A DNA stretch of 60,953 bases, counting the filler. It is 7 parts of 7 records of this genome, joined end to end, with 100 filler letters (N's around TTAATTAATTAA, not from the genome) between each part and the next. Parts side by side here need not be neighbours in the genome. Positions count along the whole stretch, not along the records: positions 13,155 to 27,351 come from SRR2962707_2595; positions 27,452 to 33,699 come from SRR2962707_2603; positions 33,800 to 39,821 come from SRR2962707_2604; 4 more parts are not named here. One strand, 5' to 3'. The notes below the pieces were generated by a model. It was not told the origin of the DNA. It did not search any database and saw only the letters and a program-made list of their open reading frames with translations. The translations under genes were made by a program, and so were the position numbers. This document shows positions 24,019 to 35,030 of this stretch, in pieces. Positions within the stretch are counted from its first letter, which is position 1, and every line of letters starts with the position of its first letter.

Positions 24019-24780
24019 TTATAGATACCCTTCGGCCCGAAAGCTAAGCTCGGTTGATTTGCCGATAATTAGATGGTCGTGCAGGGTCATACCAAGGGCC
24101 TCACATGCTGCCAAAACCTGCCCGGTCATGTCGATGTCCGCTTGCGACGGGGTCGGGTCGCCTGACGGATGATTATGCACCAAAATCAAGGCGCTGGCAT
24201 TCAGCTCAAGCGCTCGCTTTGCGACCTCGCGGGGGTATACGGGGACATGGTCAACCGTCCCCTTGGCCTGTTCTTCGTCGGCTATAATGACGTTCTTGCG
24301 ATCCAGATATAGCACGCGGAATTGCTCGGTCTCGCGATGGGCCATCACCGTGTGGCAATAATCCAAAAGAGCATCCCAACTGGAAACAACATGTTGCTGC
24401 ATGATTTTTGATCGGGCCATGCGGTGGGCCGCTGCCTCGAGTATCTTGAGCTCTACAATCACGGCATCCCCAATCCCCGGAATGTCGCGCAAACGTGCCT
24501 CGGGGGCGGTGATGACACGGTTAAAATCGCCAAAGCGGTTCATCAGCGCATTGGCAAGCGGTTTGACGTCGCGCCGTGGGATGGCGCGAAACAAGACCAG
24601 TTCCAGCAGTTCATAATCCGGCAGCGGATCGGCCCCGCCTTGCATAAACCGCGCCCGCAGCCGTTGCCGGTGATTGGCAATATAGGAGGGCTGCTTGCCC
24701 GAAACGGGCGTTGTTTGCACGGCCTCGTCCCGTAGAAACGGGAACACAGGGTCAGCAAACGAGGGTATATTTTTCCGCAT
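24019..24780 (-). CDS. radC: RadC (JAB/MPN) family protein
   Basis: HRQRLRARF, DYELLELVLF, VYPREV, HNHPSGDPTPS..D, HDHLII. Confidence 0.95.
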   Translation of the reverse strand: MRKNIPSFADPVFPFLRDEAVQTTPVSGKQPSYIANHRQRLRARFMQGGADPLPDYELLELVLFRAIPRRDVKPLANALMNRFGDFNRVITAPEARLRDIPGIGDAVIVELKILEAAAHRMARSKIMQQHVVSSWDALLDYCHTVMAHRETEQFRVLYLDRKNVIIADEEQAKGTVDHVPVYPREVAKRALELNASALILVHNHPSGDPTPSQADIDMTGQVLAACEALGMTLHDHLIIGKSTELSFRAEGYL

Positions 24781-24877
24781 ACCAGCACCATTTCGCAATG
24801 GTGGTTAGGATTGCGTTAATTTGCGCTGTATCAAAGCGCGCGGCAGGGTCAGGTGGGGCAAGCGCCCCACCCAGTTG

Positions 24878-26029
24878 TTAGCCCTTCATCGTATCCCAAA
24901 AGGATTTAACCGACGAAAAGAAGCTGCTGGATTCCGGGTTGTTATTCTCGGATTCCTTTTCGAACTCTTGCAGCAGTTCCTTTTGGCGGCCGGTCAGGTT
25001 CACGGGTGTTTCGACGGCCAATTCGATAATCATATCGCCTGCGCCACCGCCGCGCAGGGGCGGCATGCCCTTGCTACGCAACCGCATTTGACGGCCCGAT
25101 TGGCTGCCTGCCGGGATTTGCACACGCCCGCGACCACCATCGATGGTGGGCACTTCGATGCTGCCACCCAAGGCTGCCGTGCTCATCGAGACGGGCACGC
25201 GGCAGAACAGGTTGGGGCCGTCACGTTCAAACAGCTTGTGATCCTGCACTTCGATAAAGATGTACAGATCGCCGGAAGGACCGCCGCGCAAGCCGGCCTC
25301 GCCTTCGCCAGCAAGACGGATCCGTGTACCGGTTTCGACACCCGCGGGAATGTTTACAGACAGCGCGCGTTCTTTTTCAACGCGGCCCGCACCCCGACAG
25401 GATTTACATGGGTTTTTGACGATCTGACCCATGCCGGAACAGGTCGGACATGTCCGTTCAACCGTAAAGAAACCCTGCTGCGCCCGTACCTTACCCATAC
25501 CCGAACAGGTTGGGCAGGTTGTGGGTTCAGCGCCGCCTTCTGCACCCGATCCTTTACAGGAATCACATGCAACCGACGTGGGTACGCTGATCGATTTTTG
25601 CATTCCCTTGAATGCTTCCTCGAGGGTGATGCCAAGGTTATAGCGCAGGTCAGCACCGCGCGCGGCACGGCGTCCACCGCCCCCGCCACCGCGTTGGCCC
25701 ATAAAGTCACCGAAAAGGTCGTCGAACACGTCTGAAAATGCAGACGAGAAATCGCCCTGACCGCCGCCATAACCACCGGGCCGCTGGCCGCCGCCCATGC
25801 CACCTTCGAAAGCGGCGTGACCATAGCGGTCATAGGCCGCTTTTTTCTCGGCGTTCTTTAGAACCTCATAGGCTTCGTTCGCTTCTTTGAACTGCGCCTC
25901 GGCTTTGGGATTGTCAGCATTGCGATCAGGGTGCAATTCCTTGGCTTTGGTACGATAGCCTTTTTTGATCTCGTCGGCAGATGCGCCTTTGGCAACGCCA
26001 AGTATCTCGTAATAATCACGTTTGGCCAT
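24878..26029 (-). CDS. dnaJ: Chaperone DnaJ
   Basis: J-domain HPD, G/F-rich region, four CxxCxGxG repeats. Confidence 0.98.
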   Translation of the reverse strand: MAKRDYYEILGVAKGASADEIKKGYRTKAKELHPDRNADNPKAEAQFKEANEAYEVLKNAEKKAAYDRYGHAAFEGGMGGGQRPGGYGGGQGDFSSAFSDVFDDLFGDFMGQRGGGGGGRRAARGADLRYNLGITLEEAFKGMQKSISVPTSVACDSCKGSGAEGGAEPTTCPTCSGMGKVRAQQGFFTVERTCPTCSGMGQIVKNPCKSCRGAGRVEKERALSVNIPAGVETGTRIRLAGEGEAGLRGGPSGDLYIFIEVQDHKLFERDGPNLFCRVPVSMSTAALGGSIEVPTIDGGRGRVQIPAGSQSGRQMRLRSKGMPPLRGGGAGDMIIELAVETPVNLTGRQKELLQEFEKESENNNPESSSFFSSVKSFWDTMKG

Positions 26030-26056
26030 GAATTAGCTCCTACGCTGAAACGTGAC

Positions 26057-26084
26057 GGGCCGGCCCAGCAATCGGACCGGCCCC
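26057..26084 (-). terminator. GC-rich hairpin between dnaK and dnaJ
   Basis: GGGCCGG..CCGGCCCC stem; weak U-tract. Confidence 0.45.
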
Positions 26085-26106
26085 ATCAGTGGTTTCAATG
26101 GCACAC

Positions 26107-27351
26107 TTACGTGCGCTTGTTGTCGTCCAGATCTTCGAAGTCGGCATCAACGATGTCGTCATCGCCGTGGGGCTGGTCTGCCGCCTCGGCCACGTCTTCG
26201 TTGCTGTCCTGCGCGGCCTTATAGATGGCTTCGCCCAGTTTCATCGCAGCTTCCGATACGTTCTGAATGCCCGACTTGATCTTATCGACGTTGTCGGTTT
26301 CCAGCTCATCGTTCAGGGCCGCGATGGCCAGTTCGATTGCTTCGACGGTGGTTGGGTCAACCTTGTCAGCATGCTCTTCCAGCGACTTTTCGGTCGAGTG
26401 GATCAGCGATTCCGCTTGGTTTTTCGCTTCGATCAGCGCGCGACGTTCTTTGTCTGCATCGGCGTTGTCTTCGGCGTCTTTCACCATCTGTTCGATATCC
26501 GCGTCGGACAAACCACCAGAAGCCTGGATCGTGATCTTTTGCTCTTTGCCTGTGCCCTTATCCAGCGCGCCAACAGCAACGATACCGTTCGCGTCAATGT
26601 CAAAGGTCACTTCGATCTGGGGCATACCGCGTGGTGCTGGCGGGATGTTTTCCAGGTTAAAGGCACCAAGGATCTTGTTGTCCGCAGCCATTTCGCGTTC
26701 GCCTTGGAACACGCGGATGGTCACAGCATTCTGGTTGTCTTCGGCGGTCGAAAACACCTGAGACTTTTTGGTCGGGATCGTGGTGTTACGATCGATCAGA
26801 CGGGTGAATACACCGCCCAATGTTTCGATACCCAGCGACAATGGTGTAACGTCAAGCAGAACAACGTCTTTCACGTCGCCTTGCAGAACGCCCGCCTGAA
26901 TGGCCGCACCCATGGCAACAACCTCGTCAGGGTTCACACCCTTGTGCGGCTCTTTGCCAAAGAATTTGGTCACTTCTTCGATGACGCGCGGCATGCGGGT
27001 CATACCACCAACCAGAACGACTTCGTCGATCTCAGAGGCCGAGATACCAGCGTCTTTCAACGCGGCGGCACATGGCTTCATCGATGCTTTGATCAGGTCG
27101 CCAACCAACTGTTCCAGCTTGGAGCGGGTCAGTTTCATAACCATGTGCAACGGCGAACCGTCTTTGCCCATCGAAATGAACGGTTGGTTGATCTCAGTCT
27201 GGCTTGCGCTGGACAGTTCGATCTTGGCTTTTTCTGCCGCTTCTTTCAGACGCTGAAGCGCCATCTTGTCTTTCGTCAGGTCAACGCCGTTCGACTTTTT
27301 GAATTCATCCGCAAGGTAGTTCACGATGCGCATGTCAAAGTCTTCACCGCC
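26107..27351 (-). CDS. dnaK: Chaperone DnaK (5'-truncated)
   Basis: [42 protein letters not shown]. Confidence 0.99.
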   Translation of the reverse strand, partial: GGEDFDMRIVNYLADEFKKSNGVDLTKDKMALQRLKEAAEKAKIELSSASQTEINQPFISMGKDGSPLHMVMKLTRSKLEQLVGDLIKASMKPCAAALKDAGISASEIDEVVLVGGMTRMPRVIEEVTKFFGKEPHKGVNPDEVVAMGAAIQAGVLQGDVKDVVLLDVTPLSLGIETLGGVFTRLIDRNTTIPTKKSQVFSTAEDNQNAVTIRVFQGEREMAADNKILGAFNLENIPPAPRGMPQIEVTFDIDANGIVAVGALDKGTGKEQKITIQASGGLSDADIEQMVKDAEDNADADKERRALIEAKNQAESLIHSTEKSLEEHADKVDPTTVEAIELAIAALNDELETDNVDKIKSGIQNVSEAAMKLGEAIYKAAQDSNEDVAEAADQPHGDDDIVDADFEDLDDNKRT

Positions 27352-27451
27352 NNNNNNNNNNNNNNNNNNNNNNNNNNNNNNNNNNNNNNNNNNNNTTAAT
27401 TAATTAANNNNNNNNNNNNNNNNNNNNNNNNNNNNNNNNNNNNNNNNNNNN
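27352..27451. other. Artificial contig linker
   Basis: N44-TTAATTAATTAA-N44. Confidence 0.98.
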
Positions 27452-27681
27452 GTGGCGAACTGCCCCATGAGCAGGAACAGCGGCACGACGGAGAGCGAAT
27501 AGGAGGCGTAGGTGGAATAGGTCAGGTTTTTGAACTGGGCCGAGACAGGGTTGAAGCTGCCGGTGATCAGCCAGCTGCCGAACACACCAACACCGAGCAT
27601 GGCCAGGCCAATGGGCACGCGCAGAAAGATCAGGACAAGGACGAGCGGCAGGCCGAGAAAGCCGAGCATCAAGGGGGTCAT
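27452..27681 (-). CDS. dctM: TRAP transporter large permease (3'-truncated)
   Basis: LRVPIGLAM, YSLSVVPLFLLMGQFA. Confidence 0.88.
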
Positions 27682-28220
27682 ACTTCGGCTCCCGCCTGCT
27701 TGGGTTCGGCCTCACCCTTAAGGGCATAGCTGAGCGAGCGGCCCAGCACATAGACGGCCACCACCGCCATGACCACGGCGCCGACAAAGGCCAGCGCATA
27801 GGCCCAGCTCAGGGGGAAACGCAGCAGCAGCGTGGTCTCACGATAGGCAAACTTGTCCATCATGCCATAATAGAGGCGCCAGGCGATGAACCAGGATGCG
27901 ACCAGCATCATGGTGTCGGTGATCACCAGTATCCAGCTATTGACGCGCAGGCCGAAACTGTCGGTGACCAGCGCAACCAATGCGTGGCTGCGGGTGAGAT
28001 GGGCCCAGGGCATGAAAGCAAAAATGGCAAAGCCCATGCCGATGGAAACCAGCTCATAATCGCCGGTAATAGGTTTGAGACCGATGAACAGCAGGGCGCG
28101 GCCGACAATGCTGACCACGATCATGCCGACCATGGCCAGCAAGACCAGACCACCGGCGGTCGCCATCAACCTGGCCAAACCTACTATGAATCGTCCCAAC
28201 AGGGACTCGTCTCTAAACAC
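27678..28220 (-). CDS. dctQ: TRAP transporter small permease
   Basis: Four TM helices, SIVGRAL, GDYELV; overlaps dctM start. Confidence 0.85.
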   Translation of the reverse strand: MFRDESLLGRFIVGLARLMATAGGLVLLAMVGMIVVSIVGRALLFIGLKPITGDYELVSIGMGFAIFAFMPWAHLTRSHALVALVTDSFGLRVNSWILVITDTMMLVASWFIAWRLYYGMMDKFAYRETTLLLRFPLSWAYALAFVGAVVMAVVAVYVLGRSLSYALKGEAEPKQAGAEV

Positions 28221-28487
28221 GCAGGTCTCCCCCTTGCATCATACCGGTTTTAGGGCTTCGAGCGCGGCCAAGTAAAATGACAAATGCCCGCCGTCTCATA
28301 ACAACCAGATTATAGATTTCTGCGATTATAGCGATTAAACACCGAAACAATCCGCTCAATCCATAACCGAATGGCATGAAACTGTCCGCCCGATCCGTTT
28401 CGCCGGGCGAAGTTTTCCCATGCAATCACGCCCTATCCTTGCATGTCTGCTTGCCTTCCTGTTCCGCCTCGCTAGGGTCGCATGATA

Positions 28488-28958
28488 ATGCGCCCAAACA
28501 AGCCACTTCCACCTGTGCCCACCGAGGGCGACACCGCTTTGCGGACGGATGCGACAACCTCAATTGTCGGTTACCGGCTGCGCCGTGCCCAGATCAGTGT
28601 GTTCCAGAAATTTCTTGCCGTCTTCGACGAACTGAAATTGCGGCCGGCGGAATATTCGGTGCTGGTGCTGATCGACGATAATCCGGGCCGCAAGCAAACG
28701 GAAATCGCGGAGGTCTTGGGCATCAAGCGCGCCAATTTCGTTACGCTGGTGCATGGGCTTGAAGAGCGCGGGCTGGTGGAGCGCATTCCATCGCTGGAGG
28801 ACAAGCGCGCCAATGCGCTGCATCTGACCACGGCGGGCAAGGCCTTCCTGATCCAGGCCCAGGCCCGGCATGCCCAACTCGAAGAGGAAACCGTGGCCCA
28901 GCTCGGCGGGCCGGCGGCACGGGCGCAATTGCTGGCGCTGCTGGATCGGCTGATCTGA
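28488..28958 (+). CDS. MarR-family regulator (CouR/FerC-like context)
   Basis: VGYRLRRAQ, LGIKRANFVTLVHGLEERGLVER..DKRANALHLT. Confidence 0.92.
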   Translation: MRPNKPLPPVPTEGDTALRTDATTSIVGYRLRRAQISVFQKFLAVFDELKLRPAEYSVLVLIDDNPGRKQTEIAEVLGIKRANFVTLVHGLEERGLVERIPSLEDKRANALHLTTAGKAFLIQAQARHAQLEEETVAQLGGPAARAQLLALLDRLI

Positions 28959-29000
28959 CACCTACCCGGCTCCCATTGCACGCAAAGGCGCCCAACGCGC

Positions 29001-29795
29001 TCAGCCGAAATTGGGTGGACGCTTTTCCAAAAACGCCTTCAGACCTTCCTCGGCATCCGGTCCGGTCTGGCTGAGGGCCGCTGTCAGGCTTTCGGCATAT
29101 AGACCCGCTTCGGGCGGCATCGATCCGATCTGGGCGATGGCCTGGATGATGAAGCCATTGATGGTCGGGGAGTTCCTGGCGATGCGCCCGGCCAATTCAA
29201 GAGCTTTTTCCAGCGCCTGTCCTTCGGGCACCAGATGATGGGCCAGGCCCAGCCGCTCGCCCTCGACACCGGAATAGGTGCGGCCGGTGAGCATCATTTC
29301 GGTCAGGCGATCGGGTCCGATCAGCCGGGAGATGCGCACCGAACCGCCACCGCCCACGAAGATGCCGCGCAGGCCTTCGGGCATCTGGAACCGCACGGTC
29401 TCCTCAGCCACACGCACATGGCAGGCGGCCGCAAACTCGAGACCGCCCCCCATGACAGCGCCGCTCATGGCCGCAACGACGGGCACCGGAGACTGGGCGA
29501 TACGGGCCATGACGCGATGCCAATTGCGCGAATGGGCCATGACATCGAGCGGCTGTCTGGCGACATGCTGGGAAAGATCGAGCCCGGACGAGAAATGTCC
29601 GCCGGTTCCGGAAATGACGATTGCCCGGGTCTGGGCAGGTACATTGGCAAAAAAGGCATCGAGCGCGGCGACGAGATCGTCGTTGAGCGCGTTGCGCTTT
29701 TCCGGCCGGTTGAGCATGAGATGGCTGATATTGCCCTGCTGCTCGAGGATCAGCACCTGGTCCTTGGTCATCGACATATCCTTCACGGTACTCAT
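29001..29795 (-). CDS. Enoyl-CoA hydratase/crotonase family
   Basis: LNRPEKRNA, FSSGLDL, GGGLE, MPEGLRGIF. Confidence 0.93.
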   Translation of the reverse strand: MSTVKDMSMTKDQVLILEQQGNISHLMLNRPEKRNALNDDLVAALDAFFANVPAQTRAIVISGTGGHFSSGLDLSQHVARQPLDVMAHSRNWHRVMARIAQSPVPVVAAMSGAVMGGGLEFAAACHVRVAEETVRFQMPEGLRGIFVGGGGSVRISRLIGPDRLTEMMLTGRTYSGVEGERLGLAHHLVPEGQALEKALELAGRIARNSPTINGFIIQAIAQIGSMPPEAGLYAESLTAALSQTGPDAEEGLKAFLEKRPPNFG

Positions 29796-30211
29796 TTGGT
29801 CTGGCCCAGCAGATTGCGCACCTCATCTGGCAGGGGCGCGGAACGGATGGCATCATGCTCGCCGCGCACGACCCAGACGCGCTTTTCATGGGCTTCGATG
29901 GCCAATTCGCCATCCTTGAACAGGCTGTGTTTCACTCCGAAGCTGGACCGGCCCAGATCGGTGATCTCGCTTTTGATTTCCACCACATCGCCAAAGCTGG
30001 ACGGCTTGATGAAACGCGCGCCCGTATCGACCATAGGAATGCCGGCAATGCCGTAATGATCGAGCCAATTGCGCTTGTGCATGGCAAAGGCCGTCGAGAG
30101 CATGGCCGCGGTGGCATTGTCAAAAAAGCGGAAGTAATTGGGGTAATAGACAATGCCGGCCGGGTCGCAATCGCCGAACTGGATTTCAACCCTGGTGGTG
30201 TTGGAAAACAT
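29792..30211 (-). CDS. Hot-dog acyl-CoA thioesterase (4-HBT-like)
   Basis: FGDCDPAGIVYYPNYF. Confidence 0.93.
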   Translation of the reverse strand: MFSNTTRVEIQFGDCDPAGIVYYPNYFRFFDNATAAMLSTAFAMHKRNWLDHYGIAGIPMVDTGARFIKPSSFGDVVEIKSEITDLGRSSFGVKHSLFKDGELAIEAHEKRVWVVRGEHDAIRSAPLPDEVRNLLGQTK

Positions 30212-30219
30212 GGCGGCTC

Positions 30220-30981
30220 CTATTTGGCCTGCATGCGCAGGGCGCCGTCGAGCCGCACCACTTCGCCATTGAGGTAATCATTGCCCACCATGGCCATGAC
30301 CATATCGGCAAACTCACTGGGCTTGCCCAGGCGCGTCGGATTGGGGATGGCGGCGGCCAGCCCGTCCTGCGTTTCTTGCGGCAGGCCTTCGAGAAGCGGC
30401 GTCAGGAACAGGCCCGGCGCGATGGCGAGGACGCGGATGCCGAAGCGGGCAAACTCGCGCGCCGCCGGCAGGGTGAGCGAGACAATGCCGCCCTTGGAGG
30501 CGGCATAGGCGGCCTGGCCGATCTGGCCCTCATAGGCGGCCACCGAGGCGGTGGAGATGACCACGCCGCGCTGACCATTTTCGTCCGGCTCGGCCAGCGA
30601 CATGGCATGGGCGCAAAGCCGCATCATGTTGAAGCTGCCGACCAGATTGACATTGATGACGCGGGAAAAGGCGTCGAGCGGCATGGGCCCGTCGCGCCCG
30701 ACAATGCGGGCTGCGGTGCCGATACCGGCGCAATTGACCAGAACCGAAGGCGTGCCGAGCTCGGCAATGGCGGCTGCAACGGCGGTCTCGGCGCTGGCGG
30801 CGTCCGATACGTCCACCGCAAAGAACTGTCCTCCCAGTTCGGCGGCGATGGCCTGCCCCTTGTCCGCATCACGATCGAAAATGCCGACGGTGGCACCGGC
30901 CGCAGCCAGCGCACGCGCGGTGGCGGCACCGAGTCCCGATGCGCCGCCGGTGACGAAGGCTTTTCTGCCCGCAATATCCAT
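30220..30981 (-). CDS. 3-hydroxyacyl-CoA dehydrogenase type II (SDR)
   Basis: TGGASGLG, NCAGI, GQAAYAASKGG, YLNGEVVRLDGALRM. Confidence 0.93.
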   Translation of the reverse strand: MDIAGRKAFVTGGASGLGAATARALAAAGATVGIFDRDADKGQAIAAELGGQFFAVDVSDAASAETAVAAAIAELGTPSVLVNCAGIGTAARIVGRDGPMPLDAFSRVINVNLVGSFNMMRLCAHAMSLAEPDENGQRGVVISTASVAAYEGQIGQAAYAASKGGIVSLTLPAAREFARFGIRVLAIAPGLFLTPLLEGLPQETQDGLAAAIPNPTRLGKPSEFADMVMAMVGNDYLNGEVVRLDGALRMQAK

Positions 30982-32222
30982 TACGCGGCCTCCGGGTTCT
31001 CGATGAGGAGGGCGATGCCCTGTCCCCCGCCAATGCAGGCCGAGGCGATGCCATAGCGGGTACCCGAACGCCTGAGTTCATTAGCGAGGGTCAGGCCGAG
31101 GCGAATGCCGGTGACGCCGAGCGGATGACCGATGGCAATGGCACCGCCATTGACGTTGAGCTTGTCTTCGTCGAGCCCGAGTTCATCGACACAGGCCAGG
31201 ATCTGGGCGCCAAAGGCCTCGTTGATTTCGATGCGATCAATCTGGTCGAGCCTCATGCCGGCCACTTCGAGAACGGCGCGAATGGCCGGGGCCGGACCGA
31301 TGCCCATGATCTGGGGCGGCACGCCGACGGCAGCGCTGGCGAGAATGCGGGCCAGCGGCTTGTGGCCATTGGCCTTGGCATAGGCGCCCGAAGCGACCAA
31401 CACGGCCCCTGCCCCATCTACAATGGCGGAGGAATTACCGCCGGTCTGCACGCCACCAAAGGCGGGGCGGAGCCTGGACAGCACCTCATAGGGCGAGGGG
31501 CGGATGTGGCTATCGGTATCGACGCTTTCGATCCCCCGCGGCAGCTTGATGCCACGCTTGTCGAGCGTTTCGATCTCGAAAGCCTCGCTCACCACCGGCA
31601 CGATTTCCTCGGCGAGGACACCGCCGTCACGGGCGGCGATGGCGCGGTTGAAACTGCGCTCGGCAAAGCGGTCCACACGCTCGCGAGGGATGTTGTACTG
31701 CTTGGCGAGGTTCTCCGCCGTGTCGCCCATATTGACGCAACCGGCCGGGTCGTAGAGCGCTTCCCAGAGGAAGTCCTTGAACTCCACCTGTCCCATGGCA
31801 AAGCCATTGCGGTGGGTATAGGCGGCGATGGGGTTGCGGCTCATGGACTCGCAGCCCGCAGCCAGCGCCAGGTCAACGCGACCCAGAGAGACTGAGTCCG
31901 CGGCCTGGGCAATGACCTCGATGCCGGTGCCGCAGATGCGCTGCACGAGATGGGCTGGGGCATCGATGGGCGCGCCAGCATAGAGCCCGATATGGCGCGG
32001 GGTGACATAGGCATCGAAAGAGGCCTGGGCCATGGAGCCGGCAATGGTGTGGCCGATATCGGCGGGTTTCACGCCGGTCTTTTCAATGGCGGCGCGCGCC
32101 GCCTTGATGCCCAGATCAATCGGGGAAATCGCGCTGAGGGCGCCGCGATAATCGACAAAGGGGGTGCGGGCGCCACCGAGCAGGTAGGCGTCGTCGAAGG
32201 TGAGGCGAAGGCCTTTGCTCAT
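30981..32222 (-). CDS. Thiolase
   Basis: QRICGTG, EINEAF, NVNGGAIAIGHPLG, ACIGGGQG. Confidence 0.95.
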   Translation of the reverse strand: MSKGLRLTFDDAYLLGGARTPFVDYRGALSAISPIDLGIKAARAAIEKTGVKPADIGHTIAGSMAQASFDAYVTPRHIGLYAGAPIDAPAHLVQRICGTGIEVIAQAADSVSLGRVDLALAAGCESMSRNPIAAYTHRNGFAMGQVEFKDFLWEALYDPAGCVNMGDTAENLAKQYNIPRERVDRFAERSFNRAIAARDGGVLAEEIVPVVSEAFEIETLDKRGIKLPRGIESVDTDSHIRPSPYEVLSRLRPAFGGVQTGGNSSAIVDGAGAVLVASGAYAKANGHKPLARILASAAVGVPPQIMGIGPAPAIRAVLEVAGMRLDQIDRIEINEAFGAQILACVDELGLDEDKLNVNGGAIAIGHPLGVTGIRLGLTLANELRRSGTRYGIASACIGGGQGIALLIENPEAA

Positions 32223-32225
32223 ATC

Positions 32226-33699
32226 TCAGGCGCCTTTCCGGGAAAGAACGAAGATGTCGTGACCGGGCGTGTCGGCATAGAGACTTTCGACCAGCGCGGC
32301 ACGATGGGTGCGCACGGCGCGCTGGTTGATCGAGCCCTTGTCGGTTACCTCGCCCTTGTCGATGTCGGGGGCGTCGGCCATCAACAGGGCCCGCGCGACA
32401 TGGTTGGAGCTGCCGGTGGATTGCTGCGCCAGGGTGGCCAGGCTCTCGGCAAATTTCTGCCGCACCGCAGGATGGGCGAGAATGGCCTGTGCATTGGTTT
32501 CGGCGGGCAGGCCGGCATGGCGCGCACAGGCGGCCAGATCGGGGAAGATCATGGCGCCGATGAAATTGCGGTCGAGCCCGGTGACCACCACATCGCGGAT
32601 CAGCGGCGCGCAGGCGGCAATGACCGCACCGCGCACGGCGGCGAAATTGACCCAGGTGCCGGTTGAGAGCTTGAAATCCTCGGTGACACGGCCGTCGAAC
32701 ACAAAGCCCTTGGCGAGGTCTTCGGCATCGGCAAAGCGCACGGCGTCGCCGATCTTGTAGAAGCCCTCTTCGTCGAAGGCTTCCTGGGTCTTTTCGTCGT
32801 CCCGCCAATATCCGGGGGTCACATTGGGGCCCTTCAAACGCAGCTCGGTCTTGTCGCCATTGGGCACCAGCTTGATGGTCATGCCGGCGGCAGGCAGGCC
32901 AATATGGCCAGCCTCTTCCACGGCCCAGGTGGTGGTGAAGGCAAAGGGCGCCGTTTCGGTCGAGCCATAGCCGGTGATGATCAACACCCGCTCGCCGGTT
33001 TCAGCGCGGGCGGCGCGATCCAGCCCATCAAAGACATGCTGGCTGAGGCCGGCGCCGGCATATTGCAACAGCTTCAAGCGGGCAAAGAGATTGCGCCGCG
33101 CTTCGGGATGCTCGTCAAAAGCCGCGACCAGGAACTCATAGGCCTTGGGCACATTGGTGAAAAAGGTGGGTTGAACGGTCTTCAAATTTTCCAGCGTGCG
33201 GCCGAAGCGCGCCGGGGTGGGCTGGCCATCATCGATGTAGAAGGTGCCGCCATTATAGATGGCGATGCCGGTATTGTGGCTGCCGCCGGCGACGTGGTTC
33301 CAGGGCATCCAGTCAAGCAGCACCGGCGGCTCGTCCTGGACGAAAGCCAACGCCTGACGGATCATCTGCTGGTTGCAGGCCATCATGCGATTGGTGGTGA
33401 TGACGCCCTTGGGCAGGCCGGTAGAGCCGGAGGTGAACAGCACCTTGGCAATGGTATCAGGCGTGATGGCGTGGTGCGCCTGTTGCACGGCCGGCGTGAC
33501 GGGGGTTTGCAGCAGATCGTCAAAGACACTGACAGCGCGACCGGCAATGGGATGGGAGCGCACGATCAGCGGCACCTCGGCATCGAATACCGCGTCGATG
33601 GCGGGCGCGAATTTTGCGCCGTCGCTCGCGTAGATCATGCCGGGGGTGAGGAGCCCAGCAATATGGCGTAGCTTGCCGAAATCGGTGGAGATCAGCGAA
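32226..33699 (-). CDS. fcs: Feruloyl-CoA synthase-like acyl-CoA ligase (5'-truncated)
   Basis: FTSGSTGLPKGV, DWMPWNH, GYGSTET, DGRVTEDFKLSTGTWV, GEVTDKGSINQRAV. Confidence 0.88.
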
Positions 33700-33799
33700 N
33701 NNNNNNNNNNNNNNNNNNNNNNNNNNNNNNNNNNNNNNNNNNNTTAATTAATTAANNNNNNNNNNNNNNNNNNNNNNNNNNNNNNNNNNNNNNNNNNNN
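33700..33799. other. Artificial contig linker
   Basis: N44-TTAATTAATTAA-N44. Confidence 0.98.
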
Positions 33800-33800
33800 C

Positions 33801-34298
33801 CATACCGGCAAGGGCAAGGGCAAGTCGACCGCCGCCATGGGGCTGGCTGTGCGGGCCATCGGCAACGGGATGAAAGTCGGCATCGTGCAGTTCGTCAAAG
33901 GCGTCTGGGAAACCGGCGAGCGGGTCGTGCTCGACAAGTTTCCCGACCTCTGCGTGATCAAGGCGATGGGCGAGGGATTTACCTGGGAAACCCAGGATCG
34001 TGCCCGTGATATCGCCGCCGCACGTCAGGCCTGGGAGATGGCGAAAGAAATGATTAACGATCCATCGTACAAGATGGTGATCCTGGATGAACTGAACATC
34101 GTCCTGCGTTACGAAAACCTGCCGCTCGATGAAGTGATCGAGGTTCTGCAGAACAAGCCCGAAATGCTGCATGTCGCGGTGACGGGCCGGAACGCCAAGG
34201 ACGAGCTGATTGAAATCGCCGATCTTGTGACAGAGATGACGCAGATCAAGCATCCCTTCCGGTCCGGCGTCAAAGCGCAGGTCGGCATAGAGTTTTAA
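33801..34298 (+). CDS. cobO: Cob(I)yrinic acid a,c-diamide adenosyltransferase (5'-truncated)
   Basis: HTGKGKGKSTAA, GEGFTWETQD, ILDELN, TGRNA, KHPF..GIEF. Confidence 0.96.
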   Translation, partial: HTGKGKGKSTAAMGLAVRAIGNGMKVGIVQFVKGVWETGERVVLDKFPDLCVIKAMGEGFTWETQDRARDIAAARQAWEMAKEMINDPSYKMVILDELNIVLRYENLPLDEVIEVLQNKPEMLHVAVTGRNAKDELIEIADLVTEMTQIKHPFRSGVKAQVGIEF

Positions 34299-34309
34299 GG
34301 AGAACAAGA

Positions 34310-35011
34310 ATGATTCCCCGTTTCGCGCGTCGACGTTTTCTTGCCGTTGCCCTGGGTGCTTTGGTGCTGGGCGGGGTCTCGGGCTGTACCCAGCTTGAGG
34401 AATCACCCACGCTGAAGGCGGATCATCTGGTTGACGCGGCTGTTGCCACGGTGGAGCGGTTTCAGACCCTCGAGGGCCTGCAGAAATTCTCAAGACATAT
34501 GCCGGGCGCGGTGGCCGTCGCCATTTTCCCAAGTGTCATCAAGGCCGGGTTTTTTGTCGGCGGTGAAGCCGGAAACGGTCTGCTGATGGCGCGGACGGCG
34601 AACGGCTGGAGCGCCCCCGCGTTCTATACACTTGGTGCCGGCAGCTTCGGCGTGCAGTTCGGCGCTCAGGATACGGAAATCATTCTGGTGATCCGCAATC
34701 AGGGCGCCCTTGATGCGGTCCTCAAGGATCAGGCCAAAATCGGCGCCGACGCGGGACTGACCGCCGGGATCTACGGTATCGGCGCTGAAGCCTCGACGAC
34801 CACCAATATGGGTGCCGACGTGCTGGCCTTCGCCAACTCGAAGGTGGGTGCCTTTGCCGGGGCGAGCATCGAAGGCGCGGTCATGGCCCGGCGTCAGGAC
34901 ATCAACGAAGCCGTCTATGGTCAGGGCAAGTTGCCGCGCGATATCGTCACCGATCCGTCGAACCGTATGGCGCGGGCCGATCGTCTGGCCGCGGTTCTAT
35001 CCAAATATTGA
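34310..35011 (+). CDS. YSC84/SYLF lipid-binding domain lipoprotein with Tat-like signal
   Basis: RRRFL + VSGC lipobox; [30 protein letters not shown]. Confidence 0.85.
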   Translation: MIPRFARRRFLAVALGALVLGGVSGCTQLEESPTLKADHLVDAAVATVERFQTLEGLQKFSRHMPGAVAVAIFPSVIKAGFFVGGEAGNGLLMARTANGWSAPAFYTLGAGSFGVQFGAQDTEIILVIRNQGALDAVLKDQAKIGADAGLTAGIYGIGAEASTTTNMGADVLAFANSKVGAFAGASIEGAVMARRQDINEAVYGQGKLPRDIVTDPSNRMARADRLAAVLSKY

Positions 35012-35030
35012 TCATGGCCAAATATTGAGC

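Noticed and set aside
24019-24780. radC as a marker of a mobile or anti-defence element
   Set aside because: Full-length chromosomal-type RadC next to dnaJ; no integrase or mobile genes on the contig
24821-27399. Long + strand ORFs (304 aa, 436 aa) opposite dnaJ/dnaK
   Set aside because: Antisense shadow ORFs typical of GC-biased conserved genes
28290-28340. MarR operator upstream of dctQ
   Set aside because: Only a short GATTATAG direct repeat; no convincing inverted repeat
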